DNA of 8,223 bases from Octopus sinensis (lineage: Eukaryota). The notes beneath the pieces are model-generated. The model was not told the origin of the DNA. It saw only the letters and a program-made list of their open reading frames with translations, and ran no database searches. The position numbers and the translations under genes were made by a program. The stretch is taken from the NCBI RefSeq assembly GCF_006345805.1, contig NW_021828489.1, forward strand, positions 1 through 8,223. Direction: 5' to 3'. Every line of letters begins with the position of its first letter. The first letter of the stretch is position 1. Below are positions 1 to 6,854 of this stretch, one piece after another.

Positions 1-2
1 AC

Positions 3-135
3 AGAGCTAGAAGAATAGAAAGAGTCCAAGAAAAAAAAACAACATTTATAACCAGATTTAACACCTTATACTGGGTCATGTACACCCAACACCTAAATAC
101 TGCCAGATAAACCGATGCTTACGAGACTGAAATAT
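3..135 (+). pseudogene. Possible relic of a CR1/L2-type LINE ORF2 C-terminus
   Basis: Frame 3 reads RARRIERVQEKKTTFITRF, recalling the 'ERVQRRxTKxI' motif downstream of CR1/L2 RT domains. Only one short motif, and it is cut by the window edge. Confidence 0.25.
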
Positions 136-153
136 TTTGCTCAAAGATATAAT

Positions 154-530
154 CTCTTTACTGTCTTTACTCTTTTACTTGTTTCAGTCATTTGACTGCG
201 GCCATGCTGGAGCACCGCCTTTAATCGAGAAACTCGACCCCAGGACTTATTCTTTTGTAAGCCCAGTACTTATTCTATCGGATTCTTTTGCCGAACCGCT
301 AAGTAACGGGGACATAAGCACACCAGCATTGGTTGTCAAGCAATGCTAGGGGGACAAACACAGACACACAAACACACACACGCATATATATATATATATA
401 TACATGTATACGACGGGCTTCTTTCAGTCTCCGTCTACCAAATCCACTCACAAGGCTTTGGTTGGCCCGAGGCTATAGTAGAAGACGCTTGCCCAGGGTG
501 CCACGCAGTGGGACTGAACCCGGAATCACG
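154..530 (-). mobile_element. tRNA-derived SINE, family A, 5'-truncated
   Basis: Minus strand has a B-box-like GGTTCAGTCC (511-520), an internal (TA)n/(TG)n tract (about 358-402) and a short-repeat tail (GTAAAAGAGTAAAGACAGTAAAGAG, about 154-178). Homologous pieces occur at 4792-4935, 4936-5008 and 5647-5754. The A-box part of the head is missing. Confidence 0.85.
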
Positions 531-908
531 GTATATTTCTTGCTCTTTCCGCCAAATACTCATGCAAACTCAACATGGTGTACTCCAGAATACTCTAGGA
601 TAAACATACAAATTAATAATGAATAGTGTTGCTTTTTGCTGTTGGGTTGCTTCCATGCATGGATACCTGATAGAGCAGCGGAGCGTTCCAGTCATGACAA
701 TTGCGTCGTTTTCTTTTCTTTCGCTTTCTTTCATTTTTCTTTTTCTTGACGTAGTGTATGTAACTAAAGTATCATTCGTGTATTTCGCTGTTATTTATAG
801 CAGATCGAGCGACTATGAAAAAAAGCCTTTTGCAAGCTCGTTGTGTTTCTTACATTAAAGCTGAAGCCATGAATTCACCGAAGAAAAACCAGTGTAATCC
901 CTGCTTTC

Positions 909-940
<32 letters not shown>

Positions 941-957
941 TAATAATAAAAATAATG

Positions 958-988
<31 letters not shown>

Positions 989-990
989 TC

Positions 991-1050
<60 letters not shown>

Positions 1051-1088
1051 TAATAATAATAATAATAATGATAATAATAATAATAATG

Positions 1089-1132
<44 letters not shown>

Positions 1133-1151
1133 AACAATAATAATAATAATG

Positions 1152-1183
<32 letters not shown>

Positions 1184-1197
1184 ATAATAATATGATA

Positions 1198-1249
<52 letters not shown>

Positions 1250-1252
1250 AAC

Positions 1253-1293
<41 letters not shown>

Positions 1294-1312
1294 ATTAATA
1301 AAAATAAATAAC

Positions 1313-1360
<48 letters not shown>

Positions 1361-1384
1361 AATAATAATATAATAATAATAATG

Positions 1385-1437
<53 letters not shown>
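909..1437. repeat. (AAT)n microsatellite with GAT/AAC variant units, 529 bp
   Basis: Directly visible; explains the poly-L/I/Y/N ORFs. Confidence 0.99.
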
Positions 1438-1577
1438 CCGTGTCAGACTGAAGTTTATACCATCGAATCCCTCTCAGATTAATCAAGCGCAACGTTTTGT
1501 GTTCCAGTCATTGAACACTGATTCTTTGCAAACTTTTGAAGATATCGCTCGCCGTTTCCCTTCAAATAAATTCATAA

Positions 1578-1582
1578 ACACA

Positions 1583-1613
<31 letters not shown>

Positions 1614-1633
1614 GCGCGCACACACACGCACAT
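1578..1633. repeat. Alternating purine-pyrimidine tract (CA)n(CG)10(CA)n
   Basis: Directly visible; (CG)10 at 1599-1618. Confidence 0.97.
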
Positions 1634-1995
1634 AAATGAATGAATTAAACAGATACACACTTCCTGCAAATGCTACTCGATTGTCAATAGATAGAGGCAG
1701 TTTTTACGGTATTTCCACTCAGGTGTGTCGCAATTTGTTTCATCTGATTTTTACAATATTCATGGTTGATTTAACACTTCATCAAGAATTTACATAACAT
1801 GTTTCGATTCTGTTGCTGTTCCCACCACTTCTTCCCCGTCTAGATTGCTTACACATATTACATCTAGTTTTACCATTCGATTTACTGTTTTTTTGTTTCC
1901 GAAATTGTTTGTGTATTTTATTTAAATAAAAATGTATATGCGATATTTATTTAAAATGCATGTATACCTACGTACCTATCCACATACCTATACAC

Positions 1996-2047
1996 CTCTC
2001 TCTGTCTCTCTCTCTCTCTCTCTCTGCCTTTCTCTGTCCCTCTCTGT

Positions 2048-2086
<39 letters not shown>

Positions 2087-2090
2087 TTCT
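1996..2090. repeat. (CT)n/(CTGT)n compound microsatellite
   Basis: Directly visible. Confidence 0.95.
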
Positions 2091-2134
2091 GCCTCACTAA
2101 ATATGCAAAATGATTGTGTATGTCTACACACAGG

Positions 2135-2217
2135 TATAATATATATTTATATATATTATATAATATATATATATACATATATATATATTATATACATATA
2201 TATATATATATATTATT

Positions 2218-2251
<34 letters not shown>

Positions 2252-2266
2252 ATTACAATATATATA
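2135..2266. repeat. Interrupted (TA)n microsatellite
   Basis: Directly visible. Confidence 0.95.
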
Positions 2267-2429
2267 AGAGGGGTGGCCACTACGTGGACATCCATTATGC
2301 TAGAAGTAGATCCTCTATGGTCTTACCTCTAAGAAAGGAATGTTCTCAACAAAATTCAGTAAACGCTAAATGGTTTAAATTGATATTAATCAAATTAATA
2401 TTCAATTCTTTACCCTTATTATTTTAAAT

Positions 2430-2441
2430 TTATATATATAT

Positions 2442-2513
<72 letters not shown>

Positions 2514-2514
2514 A
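2430..2514. repeat. Interrupted (TA)n microsatellite
   Basis: Directly visible. Confidence 0.95.
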
Positions 2515-2523
2515 CTACATATA

Positions 2524-2900
2524 CATGTCCCTGCCGTAAGACTTCACTTCTATACACGCCAGCTTAATTTAATTCATCCTTAGTCGAAAGACACCGGTCG
2601 TTAATGTCCTGTTGTTTACATTTGTATTTGTGTACCATTTCTCCGTCCTTGTTTTCGTATACATTCGCTGCTTTCTTCCAAGAAATCTAGTGCTCTTAGC
2701 TTAGATTTTCCTTGGGGCTGGCCAGATTGGAGCAGTCTCGAGTATAACCAGCCGAAACTGCAAAGAGAATCTGGAACTTGACTGACGAATGAAAACTCCG
2801 AATGACCCGTCCCTGTTTTTTCATGTTCCTTTTTGTATCATCCAACTGTCTGGATGTTTTGTTGTCGCCTGTTGCGCTCTTGTCCCATTTCTGTATTCTT
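2524..2900. mobile_element. Probable dispersed repeat between two (TA)n tracts; class unresolved (possibly a Penelope-like terminal repeat)
   Basis: More GC-rich island bounded by (TA)n on both sides, with several hairpins and recurring GTCC(T/C)TGTTTT-like motifs (2606, 2645, 2808). Recalled as a common octopus repeat; not verified. Confidence 0.45.
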
Positions 2901-2901
2901 A

Positions 2902-3066
2902 TGTGTATATATATATAATATATATATTATATATAATATATATATATATATATGGTATGTATGTATGTATGTATATGTATGATGTATGTATGTATGTATG
3001 TATATTTGTATCTATAAGTCTTTCTCTCTCTCTCTCTCTCTCCCCATATATATTATATATATATAT
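2902..3066. repeat. Compound microsatellite (TA)n-(TATG)n-(CT)n-(TA)n
   Basis: Directly visible. Confidence 0.95.
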
Positions 3067-3265
3067 GATGAGATAAAAATACTAACGATTTGTGTATTAA
3101 AGTTCCTACGCACGTTTCACCATTATAGTAGTTTGGAGGCTTGAAATACGTGTTCCAAGTGCATTTAGATGGTAAACCAACGGATAGTCATGGGAAACTT
3201 CATAGCATTAAATTACAGATACTATATCAAGATTTGACAGTATAGTACGAGTTTCACCCTTGTAT

Positions 3266-3400
3266 GGTAATTATTTTATCGACAGCGAAAGGATGAAGGC
3301 AAGATTGATCCCGGTGAAATTTGAACACCGACCGTAAAACCAAAAGAAAGGTAACTAAGCATTTTGTCCAGCCTGCTCAAGATTTTGCCAGCTCGCCGTC
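3266..3400 (-). mobile_element. Degenerate tRNA-derived SINE, family B, 5' part
   Basis: Minus strand reads GGCGAGCTGGCAAAATCTTGAGCAG (A-box-like) ... GTGTTCAAATTTCACC (B-box-like) ... GTCGATAAAATAATTACC. Collinear with the + strand copy at 7706-7860. Confidence 0.65.
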
Positions 3401-3469
3401 TCTGTGTCACATAGTGTTTTGCACTATGCAAAATATGTTGCAATAAACCTTACATACCTTACCTTACAA

Positions 3470-3565
3470 CACGTTAACTTCACGCTTGCACGTTAACTTC
3501 ACGAGCAGGCTGTACTGTCGATGGGATCAAGTGGAACCGTCGTCATCCTGACCGATGGAGTACCA
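3470..3565 (+). mobile_element. 3' fragment of SINE family C
   Basis: Aligns to 6769-6854: CACGTTAA-TCACGAGCAGGCTGT ... GGATCAA ... GGAACC-TCGTC ... ACCGA-GGAGT. Starts with a 15-bp direct duplication. Confidence 0.8.
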
Positions 3566-3571
3566 TAAATA

Positions 3572-3610
3572 CAGAGAGACAGACTGACAGACAGACAGAC
3601 AGACAGACAG

Positions 3611-3652
<42 letters not shown>

Positions 3653-3671
3653 GTGTGTGCTTCCGGAGATA

Positions 3672-3710
<39 letters not shown>
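3572..3710. repeat. Compound microsatellite (GACA)n(CA)n(TA)n(TG)n with a short spacer
   Basis: Directly visible. Confidence 0.9.
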
Positions 3711-3711
<1 letters not shown>

Positions 3712-3713
<2 letters not shown>

Positions 3714-3758
3714 TTCCTGAAGATTCTCTTGAATGAAACAGTTCTAGCCTGTAGAAGC
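3712..3758 (+). ncRNA. Type I hammerhead ribozyme motif (variant stem II)
   Basis: Stem I GCTTC(3712-16)/GAAGC(3754-58). Core CTGAAGA(3717-23). Stem II TTC/GAA with a TCTT loop and one extra T3734. GAAA(3735-38). Stem III ACAG/CTGT with a 7-nt loop. Cleavage triplet GUA ending at 3753. Confidence 0.72.
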
Positions 3759-3795
3759 TCCTTCTATATAATAAATATATATATATATATATATA

Positions 3796-4748
3796 TCAGG
3801 TCATCTCATAATTTCAGTCCGAATTTTGAATAAAGAAAACAAGTGAGCAAATATTATATTTAATTGAAATTTAATCATCACTGTACTTTCCCTGATTATC
3901 TATGACTTCCTTCCATCTATTTTCAAGCTTTTTAATCCCATCAATGTAAAACTCTTTTGGTTTCAAAGCGAAGAACTCTGAAATGTCAGTTTCGACCTCC
4001 TCATGGCTTGCGAAAGTTATGTCCCCCAAATGATTCTGTAAACTACGAAACAAATAGTAGTCTGAAGGAGCAAGGTCGGGAGAATAAGGTGGATGAAGAA
4101 TTTTTTTCCCAACCAAGATCTTCGATCTTCTGTGATGTGATCTTTGCAGTGTGGAGTTGCGCATCGTCCTGATGAAACATCACTCCTTTTCGATTCACCT
4201 TCTCGGTTGTGATTGAGCTTTTTCCCTTTTACCAAGCCACTGTTTACGACGTTTAACATTTCGATCGAAGATCCATTTTCCGTTACCAGTTACAAGTCTA
4301 TCCAAAAAGGGTGAAATGTGTTCGCGAGAATGGAGAGAAGAACAGATGTCAACTCGGGATTTGCGGTTGCTTTCGGACAATACATGAGGCACCCATTTTC
4401 CAAGTTTAGGAATCTTTCCAAGTTGTTGAAGATGACAATGAACAGTTATATGGTTTGAACTAAGCTTTATTGCCAATTCTTCAACTGATAATGCAGGATT
4501 TTCCTCACGTATTGCCTCAAGAAGCTTATCATCAAACTCAACTGGACATCCTGTTCGATGTTCATCTTCAAGGCTGAGATCTCCACTTCTGAATTTTGCA
4601 ATCCATCTTCTGCAAGTGCTTTCATTCAAGCATTCTTTCCCATAAACTGAGTATGTTTCGAGTCGCTTCGCCGTAGAGTTTCTTTTTTTGTACTCATAAA
4701 GCATTATGTGCCTTAAATGCTCTTTGGATACTTCCATGTTAGAAAGGG

Positions 4749-4750
<2 letters not shown>
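3796..4750 (-). mobile_element. Mariner (Tc1/mariner, D34D) DNA transposon, defective, only the 3' TIR present
   Basis: Transposase homology, plus a terminus TA|TCAGGTCATCTCATAATTTCAGTCCGAA at 3796 matching the mariner YYAGRT end next to a TA. No second TIR was found in the window. Confidence 0.93.
3871..4737 (-). pseudogene. Mariner transposase pseudogene
   Basis: Motifs seen: WVPHVL; RLVTGNGKW (first catalytic D changed to N); FHQDDAQLH ... HPPYSPDLAPSDY (D34D spacing after correcting a +1 slip in the A7 run, T7 at 4101-4107 on the + strand); LxxRWxxVIDxxGxY. About 60 codons are deleted near 4198 (QPRR joined to VNRKG, out of frame). Confidence 0.95.

Positions 4751-4791
<41 letters not shown>
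4750..4791. repeat. (TA)21 microsatellite
   Basis: Directly visible; starts 13 bp upstream of the transposase ATG. Confidence 0.97.
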
Positions 4792-4792
<1 letters not shown>

Positions 4793-4935
4793 TTGTTTCA
4801 GTCATTTGACTGCGACCATGTGGGTGAACCGCCGCCTTGAATGTTTTTTTGTCGAATAATTCAACCCCATGGCTTATTTTTAGCCTATATACTTACTCTA
4901 TCCGTCTCTGGGCCGAACCGCTAAGTTGCGGGGGC
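4792..4935 (-). mobile_element. SINE family A, 3' half
   Basis: Collinear with 178-314 (CTTGTTTCAGTCATTTGACTGCG-CCATG ... GCCGAACCGCTAAGT ... GGGG). Confidence 0.85.
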
Positions 4936-5008
4936 GTTGAATTATTCGACAAAAAACATTCAAAGCGGCGGTTCTCCCACATGGTCGCAATCAAATGGCT
5001 GAAACAAG
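4936..5008 (+). repeat. Inverted copy of 4792-4865 (SINE tail)
   Basis: Reverse complement matches 4792-4865 with 4 substitutions and a 1-nt indel in a T-run. Confidence 0.92.
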
Positions 5009-5117
5009 TATATATATATATATATAATATTATTAGAGACAAAACCACTATTTTGCAAAACAATCAAGGAAAGACTTAATCAATACATAAAATTTTAATA
5101 AAAAGTCAATAAAACCG

Positions 5118-5160
5118 CCACTACAATTGTTTCTTGTCTTGATCGACAATCTTCAGGTGG
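5118..5160 (-). ncRNA. Type I minimal hammerhead ribozyme (mirror copy)
   Basis: Exact reverse complement of 5222-5264. Confidence 0.85.
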
Positions 5161-5221
5161 ACTTCCAATAAGTCATTTCAAATTATGAAACTTCATAATT
5201 TGAAACTGACTTATTGGAAGT

Positions 5222-5264
5222 CCACCTGAAGATTGTCGATCAAGACAAGAAACAATTGTAGTGG
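5222..5264 (+). ncRNA. Type I minimal hammerhead ribozyme
   Basis: Stem I CCAC(5222-25)/GTGG(5261-64). Core CTGAAGA(5226-32). Stem II TTGTC/GACAA with a GATCAA loop. GAAA(5249-52). Palindromic stem III ACAATTGT(5252-59). Cleavage triplet GUA ending at 5260. Confidence 0.88.
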
Positions 5265-5468
5265 CGGTTTTTTTGACTTTTTATTAAAATTTTATGTATT
5301 GATTAAGTCTTTCCTTGATTGTTTTGCAAAATAGTGGTTTTGTCTCTAATAATATTATATAATATTTTACTATAAAATTGGATTTAATCCTAAATCTGAT
5401 TTTTTCCCTGTAAATTTGGATTTATTCCCTAATATTTATTATTATTATATATATATATATATATATAT

Positions 5469-5560
5469 AACCCTTTCTAACATGGAAGTATCCAAAGAGC
5501 ATTTAAGGCACATAATGCTTTATGAGTACAAAAAAAGAAACTCTGCGGCGAAGCGACTCG

Positions 5561-5565
<5 letters not shown>
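5469..5565 (+). repeat. Inverted copy of mariner 5' segment 4654-4750
   Basis: 97 bp with 1 mismatch (encodes NSAAKRLET vs NSTAKRLET); ends abruptly in (CA)n. Confidence 0.95.
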
Positions 5566-5625
<60 letters not shown>

Positions 5626-5646
5626 CACACATATATATATATATAT
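5564..5646. repeat. (CA)n(TA)n microsatellite (internal tract of SINE family A)
   Basis: Directly visible; same position relative to the SINE head as 358-402. Confidence 0.9.
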
Positions 5647-5754
5647 ACACACAAATCTTTGGTCGGTCCGCGGCTATAGTAGAAAACTCTTGCTCAAGGT
5701 GCCACGAAGTGGGACTGAACCCAGAACCATGTGATTGGGAAGCAAGCTTCTTAC
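5647..5754 (-). mobile_element. SINE family A, 5' half with tRNA-like head
   Basis: Collinear with about 445-530 (CTTTGGT-GG-CCG-GGCTATAGTAGAA ... GGTGCCACG-AGTGGGACTGAACCC). B-box-like sequence at 5712-5721. Confidence 0.85.
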
Positions 5755-5798
5755 TTTTTATAATTCCAGTGTTAATAGATAAATTAATGCAACATTCA

Positions 5799-5860
5799 AG
5801 TACTGAGATCGATGTAATCGACTAACTCTCTCTCTCTTCAAAACTGATGCCTTGTGCCTA
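5799..5860 (+). mobile_element. 3' fragment of SINE family B
   Basis: AGTACTGAGATCGATGTAATCGACTAA resembles 7837-7860 and 7950-7972, followed by a CCTTGTGCC tail motif. Confidence 0.45.
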
Positions 5861-6469
5861 TTGGTGTTAGATGTACTCAGATCCGCTACCTTCTTACCCC
5901 CGTTTTCTCTATGCGTTATTTGGATATTACAAACTTTTTCAGAAATGATATGACCTTTCTTTATGTATCTTTTTGAAAACATATTTACAATGAAAATGAG
6001 TTTGCTTTGATTAATTCTTCCCCCCACCCTTTTTGATCATTTTACTTATATTGGGATGTCGTCTTGATGTCGCTAACTATTAACATCTTCAGCAACTGAG
6101 TAATTTTACATCTCCTCTTCTCTTACCCTATTTTATAAAGCAAGTGAATTTCATTTAAATTCGGTCCCATTTTGAAAAAAAAGACACTTTATTGGAGATT
6201 TTCAACTTTGTTTTTATTTGACTTGATTTGCAATGGCGTCAAATCAACAAGGAAAAATAATAAACATTTCCTGCGGATGCAAAGCAGAAAAACATGAACG
6301 TCCTGCTTTTCAGTGGGACACCCATAGTTTAGGTAAGGAAAATGTTGAGGATACCGAAAAAAAAAAAAAAAGGAATAGCTATTTGAGTGGTCTGGAGAAC
6401 TTATTCGATAAATGTAATAACGACAATAACAGCAACAACATTGACTATATCATACAGACAAATCACTGT

Positions 6470-6482
6470 TTGGCAAGCAAGC
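6470..6482 (+). repeat. Left target-site duplication TTGGCAAGCAAGC
   Basis: Identical 13-mer at 6855-6867. Confidence 0.92.
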
Positions 6483-6854
6483 GCCCAGTGGTTAGGGCAG
6501 CGGACTCGCGGTCATAGGATCGCGGTTTCCATTCCTAGACCGGGCGTTGTGAGTGTTTATTGAGCGAAAACACCTACAGCGCCACGAGGCTCCGGCAGGG
6601 GACGGTGGTGATCCCTGTTGTACTCTTTCACCACAACTTTCTCTCACGCTTACTTCCTCTTTCTGTTGTACCTGTATTTCAAAGGGCCGGCCTTGTCACT
6701 CTCTTGTGTCACGCTGAATATCCCCGAGAACTACGTTAAGGGTACACGTGTCTGTGGAGTGCTCAGCCACTTACACGTTAATATCACGAGCAGGCTGTTC
6801 CGTTGTTTCGGATCAACCGGAACCCTCGTCGTCGTAACCGACGGAGTGCTTCCA
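6483..6854 (+). mobile_element. tRNA-derived SINE, family C, near full length (372 bp)
   Basis: tRNA-like head with an A-box remnant GCCCAGTGGTT (6483-93) and a B-box-like GGTTTCCATTCC (6524-35). Flanked by a perfect 13-bp TSD. The 3' end matches 3470-3565. Confidence 0.9.

Larger units (their letters stand above)
5021..5446. mobile_element. Penelope-like terminal-repeat fragments in head-to-head (fold-back) arrangement; palindrome 5021-5361 plus a one-sided extension to about 5446
   Basis: Arms 5021-5189 and 5192-5361 are reverse complements, with 1 mismatch (5110/5272), 1 indel (5206) and a 2-nt centre. Each arm carries a minimal hammerhead, and both ends abut (TA)n. The Penelope assignment is an inference from the known link between minimal hammerheads, inverted pseudo-LTRs and PLEs. 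Confidence 0.7.

Noticed and set aside
137-858. Short ORFs of 70-97 aa
   Set aside because: They lie in the antisense of a SINE or in low-complexity sequence; no domain or exon support.
660-900. Possible minus-strand exons with GT donors
   Set aside because: No convincing acceptor and polypyrimidine tract with a recognisable peptide.
907-1639. ORFs of 150, 119 and 65 aa rich in L/I/Y/N
   Set aside because: Translations of the (AAT)n and (CA)n(CG)n repeats.
2709-2812. Canonical hammerhead from GGCTGG/CCAGCC-GAAA or from CTGACGA ... CGAA
   Set aside because: The first has no CUGANGA before the stem and no stem III. The second has GAAU instead of GAAA and no stem II. Kept only as an unexplained structured region.
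1932-3076. ORFs with IYIY, SLSL and MYVC runs
   Set aside because: Dinucleotide and tetranucleotide microsatellite artefacts.
3470-3503. CRISPR-like repeat
   Set aside because: Only two units with a 4-bp gap, in eukaryotic repeat DNA.
4169-4178. CTGATGA hammerhead-like core
   Set aside because: It is the antisense of the transposase FHQD codons, with no stem II/GAAA/stem III arrangement.
5416-5734. ORFs containing a second MEVSKEHL start
   Set aside because: A 97-bp inverted duplicate of the mariner start running into (CA)n; not a separate gene.
6483-6545. tRNA gene
   Set aside because: The tRNA-like head is 5'-truncated, lacks a proper acceptor stem and continues into a SINE body bounded by TSDs.
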